DNA of 64,000 nucleotides from Vulcanimicrobiota bacterium. GTDB lineage: Bacteria > Vulcanimicrobiota > Xenobia > Xenobiales > JADMJV01. Below are positions 34,955 through 44,278 of this stretch, one piece after another (position 1 is the stretch's first letter; each line of letters starts with the position of its first letter). The notes below the pieces were generated by a model. That model made no database searches and was not told the origin of the DNA. It saw nothing but the letters and a program-made list of their open reading frames with translations. A program made the position numbers and the translations under genes. The stretch covers positions 193,842-257,841 of the forward strand of contig JAHBVR010000012.1 in NCBI GenBank assembly GCA_019637395.1, written 5' to 3'.

Positions 34955-37900
34955 CCAGCAGCAGGTAGGCCATCGGCACCACTACCAGCGTCAGCAAGGT
35001 GGATACGAACAAACCGCCGATGACGGTGATGGCCATGGGAGCTTCCAGCTCGCCGCCGCGCCCGCGCATGGCGATGGGAACCATGCCCAGCATGGCCGCC
35101 AGCGCCGTGATCAAGATGGGGCGCAGGCGGGTGGGGCAGGCCTCCAGCAGAGCGGCCTCGCGGTCCAAACCGCGGTCGCGCGCCTGCAGCGTATTCTCGA
35201 TCAAAAGAATGCCGTTCTTCACCGAAATGCCCACCAGCAACAGACAACCCACGCCCGACATCACTGAGAAAGGCGTGCCGGTCAGGAACAAGGCCAGCAC
35301 GATGCCCATGGTGCACAGCGGCACGCTCATCATGATCGAGAGCGGCACAATCAGATTCTCGAACTGAATGCACAGCAGCATATAGATCAGCATCACGGCC
35401 AGCGCCCCCGCCAACCAGAGACGCCCAAACTCGGCGCTTTGCGCCTTCATGGTGGCGCTCCAGTCCCAACTATAGCCATCCGGCATATCAAAGTCGGCCA
35501 TGGCGGCCGTCACGTCGGCGGTAATATCCGAAAGCGCGCGGCCTTCCCCGGCGCTGACCAGGGCGGCGTAGCGCTGGCGGGTGGACCGGCTGATGGTGGC
35601 GTAGCCGATGGCCTGGGTGGCCCGGGCCACCTGGCGTAGTTGCACGGCCTTGGGAACATCTTCCTGAGCGGCCGTATTGTTGCCGGCGCCCCCCTGGCTC
35701 ACATCGGAATTTACGTAAATACCACGCATATCCACCGTGGAGCGGCGCGCCTCGGGCGACAACTGCACCACGATGGGCGCGCGTACCCCCGCATCCTGGA
35801 AATAGCTGGCGGTCGTGCCGGCGGAGGCGGTCTGCAGGGCCGAGGCCACCTGCGAAAAACTCAGGCCCAGCTGACTGGCTTTGTCTCGATCCACCACCCA
35901 GCGCACTTCGGGCGCCGGCTCGCCGGCGCGGTCGCGCAGGTCCTGCAAACCGGGAATGGTCTTGAGCAGATCGACCAGGTCGGCCGACAATTCGGCCAGC
36001 CTGGCCAGGTCCGGCCCAAAGATGTCGATCTCGATGCTCTGCCCTTGCTGGCCGGTGATGATGGTCCTGACGATGTCCATGGTGGAAGGGAAGGCGCGCA
36101 CGGCCGGAATCTTGTTGAAGCCGACCTGCAGGCGGGAGCCCACCTGGTCGCTGGAACCGCGGCGGCTGTCCTTGAGTGCAATCCAGGCGTTGCCCTGGTC
36201 GCGGCGGCCGGTGCTGCCGCCCCCGCCGGCTCCCACCGTGGTCAGGTAGGAGGCCACATCCTTGTTCTTGGCCAGCACCGACTCAATGCGCTGCATGGCC
36301 TTATCGGTTTCTTCCAGCGAAGTTCCCTTCGGCATGGTCACCTGCATACGCAGGGTTCCCGTATCGGAACCCGGCATAAAATCAAAGCCCAGCAGGGGAA
36401 CGAAAATCAGGCTGCCCAATGTGAGCAGGCAACCGCCGATGAGGATCTTGTTACGGTGTCCCATGGCGCTCTCCAACAGCCGGGCGTAACCCGCGTCCAG
36501 CTTCTTGAGCCACTCTTCCCATTTGTGGAACTGGCGCTGCCAGAAAGGCCAGACTTTTTCCTCGGCCGGTTTGCGAATGAACTGGGCGCACAGCATGGGC
36601 ACGCCCGTGAGCGCGTCCAACAACGAGAAAGCCATGGAGATAATGACCACCAGGGCGAACTGCTTGAACATCTGCCCGGTCTGACCGGGGATGAGCAGCA
36701 TCGGGAAAAAGACCACCATAATGGTCAGGGTCGAGGAAATGACCGCGCCCACGATGGGGCGGGTGCCTTCGATGGCGGCTTCCTCCGGGTCCATGTCCTC
36801 TTCTTCGACCTTGCGATAGACCGATTCCATGACCACCACCGCGTCATCCACGATCAAGCCGGTGGCCAGAGCCAGTCCGACCAGGCTCATGGTGTTGAGG
36901 GTATAGCCCATCATATAGAGGAAACTAAAAGTGCTGATGACCGAAACCGGAATGGAGGTGGCCACTACCAGGGTAGAGCGAAAATTGCGCAGGAAGAAAA
37001 GCACGATGGCCATGGCCAGCAACCCGCCCACCACGGCTGCCTCCTGCAAACTGTGCACGGCGTTGGAAACGTAGCGAGACTGGTTATAAATCTGTTCAAA
37101 GTGCAGTTCCGGGTGGTTCTGCTCGACGATCTTGAGTTTTTCCAAAACCGCGCTCACGGTGGTCACGGTATTGGAGCTGGCCTGTTTGATAATATTCAGG
37201 CTGCCGGCCGGCTCTCCGTTGAGGCGCTGATAGGTGGTGGTATCCAGGTGGGAGTCGACGACCCGGGCCACCGCTTTGAGCGGAATCAGCTTGCCGTTGG
37301 CGCGCCCCACCGGAATGTTCTGCAGCTCGCGTAAGCTCTGAATCCAGCCATAGCTGCGCACCAGCAACTGCTGGTTGCCTTCGTAAGCGGTGCCACCCGG
37401 CACGTTCTGGTTTTCCTTGGACAGGGCCGTGACCAGGTCTTGCGAGGACAGGCCGCGGGCCAGCAGAGCTTGACTGTCGAATTGCACCACGATGGCGCGC
37501 TCCTGGCCGCCGGCCACGTCGGCCGAACCCACGCCTTCGGCCGACTCCAGGATGGGCTTCACCTCGTTTGTGAGCACACTGCGCAGTCGCACCGGATCGG
37601 AAATACCGCTCACACCCAGAACCAGGATGGGCATGGAGTTGGGATCGAATTTCTGCACGGTGGGAGCCTGCAGCGTCGGGTCATCGGTGGGGAACTGGCG
37701 TTGGGCCTTCTGTACCAACTGCAGAGTGTCCAGAGCGGCCTGCGCCATATCGTAGCCGGGCGCGAACTCCAGCGTCACGCGCGAGGACCCCTCGGACGTA
37801 TCCGAGCGCATACTGGAGAGGCCGGGCACGGTGGCGACCACGTCTTCCACCGGCCGGGTAATCTGGTATTCCAGATCTTCGGGGCTGACCCCGGTCCAAC

Positions 37901-38048
37901 TGGTGACCACGAACAGCGAGGGCCGGGTGATGTCGGGCAGCAGCTCGACCGGCAACTGCGTGTAAGCCAGGGCTCCCAACACCACGAAGATCAAAATGCG
38001 CATCCAGGTGGCCACCGGCCGGCGCACCGACAGTTCGGCGATATCCAT
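34908..38048 (-). CDS. RND efflux transporter permease (AcrB/HAE1-type, 12 TM helices)
   Basis: 1046 aa. N-terminus MDIAELSVRRPVATWM…, two large periplasmic loops and 12 hydrophobic helices. Confidence 0.95.
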   Translation of the reverse strand: MDIAELSVRRPVATWMRILIFVVLGALAYTQLPVELLPDITRPSLFVVTSWTGVSPEDLEYQITRPVEDVVATVPGLSSMRSDTSEGSSRVTLEFAPGYDMAQAALDTLQLVQKAQRQFPTDDPTLQAPTVQKFDPNSMPILVLGVSGISDPVRLRSVLTNEVKPILESAEGVGSADVAGGQERAIVVQFDSQALLARGLSSQDLVTALSKENQNVPGGTAYEGNQQLLVRSYGWIQSLRELQNIPVGRANGKLIPLKAVARVVDSHLDTTTYQRLNGEPAGSLNIIKQASSNTVTTVSAVLEKLKIVEQNHPELHFEQIYNQSRYVSNAVHSLQEAAVVGGLLAMAIVLFFLRNFRSTLVVATSIPVSVISTFSFLYMMGYTLNTMSLVGLALATGLIVDDAVVVMESVYRKVEEEDMDPEEAAIEGTRPIVGAVISSTLTIMVVFFPMLLIPGQTGQMFKQFALVVIISMAFSLLDALTGVPMLCAQFIRKPAEEKVWPFWQRQFHKWEEWLKKLDAGYARLLESAMGHRNKILIGGCLLTLGSLIFVPLLGFDFMPGSDTGTLRMQVTMPKGTSLEETDKAMQRIESVLAKNKDVASYLTTVGAGGGGSTGRRDQGNAWIALKDSRRGSSDQVGSRLQVGFNKIPAVRAFPSTMDIVRTIITGQQGQSIEIDIFGPDLARLAELSADLVDLLKTIPGLQDLRDRAGEPAPEVRWVVDRDKASQLGLSFSQVASALQTASAGTTASYFQDAGVRAPIVVQLSPEARRSTVDMRGIYVNSDVSQGGAGNNTAAQEDVPKAVQLRQVARATQAIGYATISRSTRQRYAALVSAGEGRALSDITADVTAAMADFDMPDGYSWDWSATMKAQSAEFGRLWLAGALAVMLIYMLLCIQFENLIVPLSIMMSVPLCTMGIVLALFLTGTPFSVMSGVGCLLLVGISVKNGILLIENTLQARDRGLDREAALLEACPTRLRPILITALAAMLGMVPIAMRGRGGELEAPMAITVIGGLFVSTLLTLVVVPMAYLLLDDFERRFFKQRKARA

Positions 38049-39652
38049 CAGTCTTTTCCGCTGGTCGGCTGAGGGTCGATCGATTGCCCGTTTTTCAACC
38101 GGCCCTGGGACTGGGTGACCACTGTATCCCCTTCATACAATCCCTTGTTGATCACGGTCTGGCGCGTGTCGCTGCGACCGTAGCTGACCTTGGTCACTTC
38201 CACTTTTTTATTGACCACCTTGTAGACGGTGGCCTCACGCTTCTCCACGTCCTTATCGATCAGGGCCGAATTGGGCACCGTCAACTGGGGATCGGGTGGA
38301 CCCACCTTGATCTTGACGCGCGCGAACATGCCGGGCTTGACCAGATGTTTTTGGTCATCCAGGGTCACGCGCACGTTGAACTGGCGGGTGGCGGTATCAA
38401 TGGCCGCGTCCTTGGAGAAAACCCGACCCGAAAAAACCTGGCCGCGCAGTCCGTCGATGGTGACCTCGACCGGATGGCCTTTGTCCACGCGTGAAATGAC
38501 TTCTTGGGGAAGCGAAGTGACCACCCAGACCTGCTGGCCGGACTGCACCGTCAGGATCGAAGTCCCCAGACTGGCCACCGCTCCCACGTCCAGTTTGCGG
38601 TCGCTGACGTAGCCATTGACCGGTGACTTCAAGACCGTATCCTGCAACTGCAGTTGGGCCGTTTCCAGGTCGGCTTCGGCGGCGTGCACCAGCGATTGCT
38701 GGGCCCGCAGTTGCTGGCGGAAGGCTTCCGATTTAGAAATTCCGGCCCGGGCTTCGGCCAGGGAAGCTTCCTTGGAAACTTCATTGAGCTTGGAGACGTC
38801 GATATCCGCCTTGGCCGAGACCGTGTCCTTCTTGGCCTGGGCCTGCGCGTTCACCACGTCTTTCTCGGCCGCCCGCACGTTGGCTTCCTGCAGATCCACG
38901 GCCGCATCCTGCGACAGCATAGTGCGATAGGTATCTTGCACGTCAGCGTTGGAGGCAAATCCCTGGCGCTGCAGGCCCAGCATGCGCTCGTACTTGGCCT
39001 TAGCCGTTTCGAAGTCCACCTGGGACTGGCGCAGCGAAGCCCTGGCTCCCACCAGTTTGGCCTGGGCCTGGGTAATGGTGGTGGCTCCCTGGGTGCGTGT
39101 GGCCGAATAGACCTGCTGAGATTTTTGCACATTGGCCTGAGCGGCCTGGAGATCGGCGCCGGCGATGGAGACGCCGCTGCTGGCCTGCACGTCGGTCAGC
39201 TGTTGCTGGGACTGCAGTTGATAGTAAGTGAACTGGGCATTGGCCAGGTCACTCTTCTTCTTGAGCAGGTTGGCGCGCGCCGGACTGGGATCGATACGCA
39301 CCAGCACCTGGCCCTGGCGCACCGGATCACCCTGGCGGACCAGCAACTCCAGGATGGGGCCGGCCGACTTGGCCACGATATCCACGTTCTGGCTGGATTC
39401 CACATTGCCCACCTGATCGAACTCGAACTGCAGGCGGCGCTTGGAGGCCACGTCGACGGTCACAGGCGGAACCGCCGCGCCCGCGCGGCTACGCCGGCCC
39501 CCGCGGCCGCTGGGCTTGCTGACGGCCTGATAGACACGATAGCCGACCAGGCCCAGGAAGAGGGCGCCGACCAGCACCACCAAAGCAAAGAGCTTCGGTC
39601 GTTGTCGAAGGCCGGCCAGCATCATTGGGCTAGTTTGGGGCATAGAGGGCAC
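38048..39652 (-). CDS. RND efflux periplasmic adaptor (membrane fusion protein)
   Basis: 534 aa. N-terminal TM helix, long coiled-coil hairpin, beta-barrel. Overlaps the RND gene start. The start codon is GTG at 39652 or a downstream ATG. Confidence 0.85.
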   Translation of the reverse strand: MPSMPQTSPMMLAGLRQRPKLFALVVLVGALFLGLVGYRVYQAVSKPSGRGGRRSRAGAAVPPVTVDVASKRRLQFEFDQVGNVESSQNVDIVAKSAGPILELLVRQGDPVRQGQVLVRIDPSPARANLLKKKSDLANAQFTYYQLQSQQQLTDVQASSGVSIAGADLQAAQANVQKSQQVYSATRTQGATTITQAQAKLVGARASLRQSQVDFETAKAKYERMLGLQRQGFASNADVQDTYRTMLSQDAAVDLQEANVRAAEKDVVNAQAQAKKDTVSAKADIDVSKLNEVSKEASLAEARAGISKSEAFRQQLRAQQSLVHAAEADLETAQLQLQDTVLKSPVNGYVSDRKLDVGAVASLGTSILTVQSGQQVWVVTSLPQEVISRVDKGHPVEVTIDGLRGQVFSGRVFSKDAAIDTATRQFNVRVTLDDQKHLVKPGMFARVKIKVGPPDPQLTVPNSALIDKDVEKREATVYKVVNKKVEVTKVSYGRSDTRQTVINKGLYEGDTVVTQSQGRLKNGQSIDPQPTSGKD

Positions 39653-39653
39653 A

Positions 39654-39696
39654 TTCTACCCGGTATCCGGGTAGAAATATACCCGAGACTATAGTC
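39654..39696. promoter_or_regulatory. Operator-like palindromes at the 5' end of the RND operon
   Basis: TTCTACCCGG-TAT-CCGGGTAGAA (perfect 10-bp arms) and the 10-bp self-complementary GACTATAGTC, both within 45 bp of the adaptor start. Confidence 0.5.
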
Positions 39697-39950
39697 CTAT
39701 CTCTGGACAGGACCCGTCCGGTGGAGTATATTGCCAGGATGTTAACAAATACACGTCTCGTTCTCGCTCAAGCTGACGCTATCGCTCGCCTGGCCCGTCT
39801 GCGCGTGTGTACCCGGGCCTCGCTGACCCAACAGGGCCATCTCTCCCTGGAACTCTCCTCCGCCCGGGCTCACCATTGGGCTCAGGACACCCTGGGCCAT
39901 TTGGGCTCCAACGTGGCGCGAGTGCTACGCTGGGAAGAGCAACATTCATT

Positions 39951-40949
39951 CTAACCGCGCGGGCCGGCTCCCACTCCAGCAAAACGGTTGAGAGCGGCCA
40001 GTTGCTCGGAATTCAGTCGGGCAGCCAGTTCGGGATATTCCAATTTGGGAACCAGAACTTTACAACAGGCCAGTACGCTCAGGCCATCTTGGAAATCCGG
40101 GCCGGGATGCTCCAGCTCCGTCAGGACCTGAGATAAAGTCTGTTGAGCCAGCAGATGGGCGGCAGGAGTGACCTGAGACTCCAGACCTCCTAGCTGGACC
40201 TCCAGCACGATTTGTCGCAGTAAAGCCAGTTGTTGCCGCCGGTAAGCCGCTTTCTTGACTTCCCCCATCAACAGTACTTGACGCTGCTCGCATGCCCCTA
40301 CCAGAAACCGATGCCAGGGAGCGCTCATTGGTGAAGGCCGTGTCAAGATCGCCTCGATTTCCGTACACAGAGCCCTGGTTTCCTCATCGCTGGCCGGCAG
40401 CGCCTTCATCATGCCCTTGGCCGCCTGACGCCGGCAGGTTTCCAGTCGGTAGCGCTGGACGGAGTTGAGGGCTTTGCCGTTTTGGCAGGCTTCCAGAAAG
40501 GCCTCATAGCGTTCGTAGTTCCAGGTCGTAGCCAGATGTCTCAAAGCAAAATCGAAGTTGCCGTTCTCGACCCGCCTGGCCCTGGCTCCCCAGATGGGGT
40601 CCCGTAAAAGAGCGACAAACTGGGGTTCGGCGTCATTCGGTTCGGCCGCGTGGCGTGCGATGATCACCTCCGGCAGCTGAGAATCGTTGCCATAGATAGC
40701 CATCAAAGCCGAGGCCGAGTCGGCGTCCGGCAATTTGTCCCAAAGCCTGACCCGCTCGCGGGTCGAGTAAAGGTAGCCGTATTCCCGCCCCACCGCTCGC
40801 AAGCCGGCAAAAGCCAGTCCAGCCACTACCATCCAGATGAAGAGAAAGCCGAAGCGCAATCGGCCGGCCAAGAAGAGACGGCGCGTCCAGGACGTCCGCG
40901 GACGTTCAAATCGAGAAATCGGGCGGGGAAGCGAGCCGAAGGGCCTCAT
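39951..40949 (-). CDS. Membrane-anchored hypothetical protein
   Basis: 332 aa with an N-terminal TM helix (LFLAGRLRFGFLFIWMVVAGLAFAGL). Overlaps the stop of the upstream gene. Confidence 0.5.
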   Translation of the reverse strand: MRPFGSLPRPISRFERPRTSWTRRLFLAGRLRFGFLFIWMVVAGLAFAGLRAVGREYGYLYSTRERVRLWDKLPDADSASALMAIYGNDSQLPEVIIARHAAEPNDAEPQFVALLRDPIWGARARRVENGNFDFALRHLATTWNYERYEAFLEACQNGKALNSVQRYRLETCRRQAAKGMMKALPASDEETRALCTEIEAILTRPSPMSAPWHRFLVGACEQRQVLLMGEVKKAAYRRQQLALLRQIVLEVQLGGLESQVTPAAHLLAQQTLSQVLTELEHPGPDFQDGLSVLACCKVLVPKLEYPELAARLNSEQLAALNRFAGVGAGPRG

Positions 40950-41776
40950 TTGAGCACTTTCAGCGCCGCCGCGATCAGGTCGGCGCGGGCCTGGCTTTTG
41001 ATCAATTCCCGTTGGGAAAGGTCGCGTTTCAAAGAATCCTCCTGCAAATAGACCACCAGGCCGGGGGGCAACTTCTCGCCGAGCTGGCGAAAACAGATGC
41101 CGGCCTGGATGAAGTATAACTGACTGAGTTCGCTATAGCGGCGGGCCCCGATCCCCCAACAGGGCTGCTTCTTCACCACCTGCACATGTTGCCGGTCTTG
41201 AGCCCAGAGTGGCGCTCGACCCGGTCCTTCCAGCAGCACTGTATTCATCCCGGTGACGAAGGGAACTTTCCGACCATTGACCACCACCGGTATCGGAGCG
41301 GCGCAGGCCAAGCGGCGCAGGAGATTGTGCTCAGCCCGCCACATTCCGATCAGGCTGGGAAAACACATGTTGAAGAAATTCAAGGAGTGTTCCAGGCCCA
41401 CATAGGTGACCACTTTGGAGCGAGAAGACGCCCCGATCAGCGTCTCGATCCAAACTTCCTCTTCATAGAGTTGAAGGACATTGCGCCCTTGCCGGTCGCG
41501 ACTTTCCACAATCAGCACATCGGGATTGTAAGTGCGCATGGCCTGCAAAGCGATGGCCAGATGGGCTCCGGAAGCGGTAAGGGGCTGCTGGCTTTCCTGG
41601 CTGGCGCATTCGAAAATGTCCTCCAGTTCGCGAGCGGTGAAGGGCTCTCCGTCGAAACCGACGCGAATGTCGCGCCCGCCAATCTCCATCTGGATTAGAG
41701 AAGCTCCGCGCATGACCGCGCAAGAAACCAGTTGCAAAATGTACTCGGCCGGATCCTGGAGACGAAACTTCTGCAT
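40946..41776 (-). CDS. Hypothetical protein
   Basis: The track ORF extends to 42529 antisense to the patatin gene's 5' end. The plausible start is the internal ATG (MQKFRLQDPAEY…), about 276 aa, divergent from the patatin gene. Confidence 0.45.
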   Translation of the reverse strand: MQKFRLQDPAEYILQLVSCAVMRGASLIQMEIGGRDIRVGFDGEPFTARELEDIFECASQESQQPLTASGAHLAIALQAMRTYNPDVLIVESRDRQGRNVLQLYEEEVWIETLIGASSRSKVVTYVGLEHSLNFFNMCFPSLIGMWRAEHNLLRRLACAAPIPVVVNGRKVPFVTGMNTVLLEGPGRAPLWAQDRQHVQVVKKQPCWGIGARRYSELSQLYFIQAGICFRQLGEKLPPGLVVYLQEDSLKRDLSQRELIKSQARADLIAAALKVLK

Positions 41777-41905
41777 TTTCTGGAGAGCTTTCTTGGCCTC
41801 CAGGCTGAACCGGCCTGAAGATTGGAAATCCGCTTCCTGCTGCAATAATTTGATGTAATCTTCGGTGCCCGCTCCCACAGCCTGAGGATTCTCCAGCAGG
41901 CCCGA

Positions 41906-44233
41906 TTGCACCCCCAAGAGAAGTTGCAGCCCGCCATGCGCCGCCACCTGATCTGGATGTTCATGCTCCTGTCTGCCTGGGCCTGGGCCGAACCGGCCAC
42001 GCTGCGGGTCGGCATTCTCAGCTTCGAGGATCCTCTCGATCTCTATAAAGACTTGCGCATTCAGTCCAAGGTACTGAAGAGAGCTCTCAACCTCACGCCC
42101 TCTTTCGCCATCGGCACCTACGGAGAACTGTTCCACTGGCTGGAGAACGACCTGATCGACGTGGCCGTCATCAACTCCGGTCAACTCTCGCGTCTGTCCC
42201 AGGAAGAGTGGCAATACATCGGGTCGGCCTCCACCACCGGCCATGAGCCCGCCTACCTTTCGGTGATTCTGACGCGCAAGAACTCCGGTCTGAACAACCT
42301 CACCGACGTCAAGGCAGCTGGAAGCCGGCTGCGTCTGCTGGCGGTCGATCCGCTCTCGGTGTCGGGCTTCATTTATCCTATTTCCGCCCTGAAGCAGAAC
42401 GGCCTGGAAGTTACTCCCGAACAGGTTCGTTTCAGCTATTCGCACAGCAACTCGCTGCGCTGGCTGGCCCAGGCCGACGGACCGGAGATCGCCTGTGTCT
42501 GGGCCTCCACCTGGGAGCGCAACCCCCATCCCGAGCTACAGGTCATCCAGGTGCCGGGACTGGACCAATACCACAGTTTGCCGGTCGCTCTGGTGGCCCG
42601 GCGCGGCGCTCCCACCACCCCTGGACTGGCCCGGCTGGTGGCTTCCGGCGGTTTCCCGGGATTTCAATACGATCCGGACTACATGCGCGAAATGAAAAAA
42701 ATCCCCGATACTCTGCCGGGCGCGCTGAACAGTCTGTACGGGCGTCCTCTCGACCGGGTGGGCCTGGATGATCTGGTCATGACCTTGCATCATTACAATC
42801 GGACCCACGACCGCCCGGCCCGCCTGGCGGTGGTGCTGGCCGGCGGCGGGGCCAAATGTTCCTACCAGGCCGGGGCCGTGCGCGCCCTGGAAGAGAGCCT
42901 GCAGACCTGGAGCAAGCGGCTGGACGACGATCAGTTGGAAATGCGCCTGGTGGTGGGCACTTCGGGCGGCGCCATCAACGCGCTCTCGGTGGCCATGGGG
43001 CTCACCTCCACAGCCGATGGCTACACGGCCTTGAGCAGCGCCTGGAGCGACCTGGATCAGAGCGAAATCATCTGTCCGCCCCTGGCCGTGCGCATCAACT
43101 TGTGGTGCTGGTTGGCCTGCGTCACCGCGCTGGTCATTCTGGCCATCAACTGGACCCTGCGACTGGGAAAACCGCGCTCCATGGTGCTGACGCTGCTGGT
43201 CGGCCTCGGCATGTATGGCGTTTCCCATCTGCCCCTGCGCATGTTCCTGGGTACTGACTCAAACATCCAGCACGTCTGGGCCTGGCTCTCCTGGGGCATC
43301 GAGGGCGCCGGGTTGGTGCTGGTGTTGGTGGCCGTCACCGGTTTCCTTACCCTGCGCCGCGACCGCCGCAGCCAGCGGGTGGTCCATCGGACCGGGGCGC
43401 TGGTGCGCCTGGCCATCGCCGGCGTCACCCTGCTGCCGCTGCTCCAGGCCTGGACGATCTTTTGCTATGAGGAAGTGGTTTCCGAGAATCGCGGGATCGA
43501 AAGGGCGCTGACCCGCAATTTCGGCCAGTTGATCCAACGCCAGTCGGGTGATTCCTCTCCGCTGGCGGGCCTGACCATCAAGCAACTCTCCCAGCGCGTT
43601 TTCGAGAAGAATCTGCTCAAGCGCGATCTGGTGCTGGCGGCCTCGCCTTTGACCGACCCGGAATTACAACTGCCGGGTGAAATGTATTTCTACGCTTCCC
43701 CCCTGAATTCACCGGAACCGGCTTTCGGCAACCGCGGCATCGCCCTGGTCAAACGTCCGGAACTCTTATTTGACGCGCTGCTGGGCAGCGCGGCCATCTA
43801 TCCCCTCTTCCCCGCGCGGACCATCCACGATTTGCCCAAAGCGGGCCAGAAAGTCGACCTGGTGGACGGCAGTTTCGCCCACCGCAGTCCCCTGGAACCG
43901 GCCGTGCTCTGGGGCGCCACCCATGTGCTGGTAATCGAAGCCTCCACCCTGGAGCCGACCGTCCGCGGGAACTTGCTCAACAATTTCGGGGCCTCCCTGA
44001 CCTACCTCTATGACGAAGCCCAATTGGTGGACGTGCGCCTGCGAGGACAAACGGTGCTTTACACCCTTTATCCGAGCGCTCCCCACATCGGATTACTGGA
44101 CTTTTCCCCCCATTTGATTCGCGCTTCCATCGATAAAGGCTACCGCGAGGCCTCGGGAGCTCCCACCTCGGCCTATCAAAAAGGCGGGGCTCTGCACAAA
44201 GAATTAGGCCCTCCGATCTTTTGGACTCCCTGA
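41906..44233 (+). CDS. Patatin-like phospholipase fused to an N-terminal PhnD/SsuA-like periplasmic-binding-like domain and a multi-TM insert
   Basis: Signal peptide, then TLRVGILSFEDP…DVAVINSG. Patatin motifs VVLAGGGAKCSYQAG (GGxK/R), GTSGG (GxSxG) and DGSFAH (catalytic Asp). Four hydrophobic helices in between. Confidence 0.78.
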   Translation: MHPQEKLQPAMRRHLIWMFMLLSAWAWAEPATLRVGILSFEDPLDLYKDLRIQSKVLKRALNLTPSFAIGTYGELFHWLENDLIDVAVINSGQLSRLSQEEWQYIGSASTTGHEPAYLSVILTRKNSGLNNLTDVKAAGSRLRLLAVDPLSVSGFIYPISALKQNGLEVTPEQVRFSYSHSNSLRWLAQADGPEIACVWASTWERNPHPELQVIQVPGLDQYHSLPVALVARRGAPTTPGLARLVASGGFPGFQYDPDYMREMKKIPDTLPGALNSLYGRPLDRVGLDDLVMTLHHYNRTHDRPARLAVVLAGGGAKCSYQAGAVRALEESLQTWSKRLDDDQLEMRLVVGTSGGAINALSVAMGLTSTADGYTALSSAWSDLDQSEIICPPLAVRINLWCWLACVTALVILAINWTLRLGKPRSMVLTLLVGLGMYGVSHLPLRMFLGTDSNIQHVWAWLSWGIEGAGLVLVLVAVTGFLTLRRDRRSQRVVHRTGALVRLAIAGVTLLPLLQAWTIFCYEEVVSENRGIERALTRNFGQLIQRQSGDSSPLAGLTIKQLSQRVFEKNLLKRDLVLAASPLTDPELQLPGEMYFYASPLNSPEPAFGNRGIALVKRPELLFDALLGSAAIYPLFPARTIHDLPKAGQKVDLVDGSFAHRSPLEPAVLWGATHVLVIEASTLEPTVRGNLLNNFGASLTYLYDEAQLVDVRLRGQTVLYTLYPSAPHIGLLDFSPHLIRASIDKGYREASGAPTSAYQKGGALHKELGPPIFWTP

Positions 44234-44235
44234 CC

Positions 44236-44276
44236 TTGGGTAAGAGGGGAGTTCTAGGGGGGTCCCAGGGGGAGAC
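44236..44276. repeat. REP-like G-rich element copy (GTTCTAGGGGGGTCCCAGGGGGAGA)
   Basis: Contains the GTTCTAGGGG and GGGGGTCCCAGGGGG units seen at about 15870. It doubles as the RBS region of the TPR gene. Confidence 0.55.
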
Positions 44277-44278
44277 GC

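Noticed and set aside
35640-37334. 564-aa plus-strand ORF inside the RND transporter gene
   Set aside because: Antisense shadow of a 12-TM RND pump; Gly/His/Arg-rich translation.
38654-39694. 346-aa plus-strand ORF over the RND adaptor gene
   Set aside because: Antisense shadow ORF.
39721-39954. 77-aa plus-strand ORF in the RND operon leader
   Set aside because: No recognisable DNA-binding motif and weak coding signal; mentioned only in the operator finding.
40946-42529. Full 527-aa extent of the minus-strand ORF
   Set aside because: The upstream ~250 codons lie antisense to the 5' end of the patatin gene and translate to low-complexity sequence; an internal ATG at about 41776 gives a divergent arrangement with a 130-bp intergenic region.
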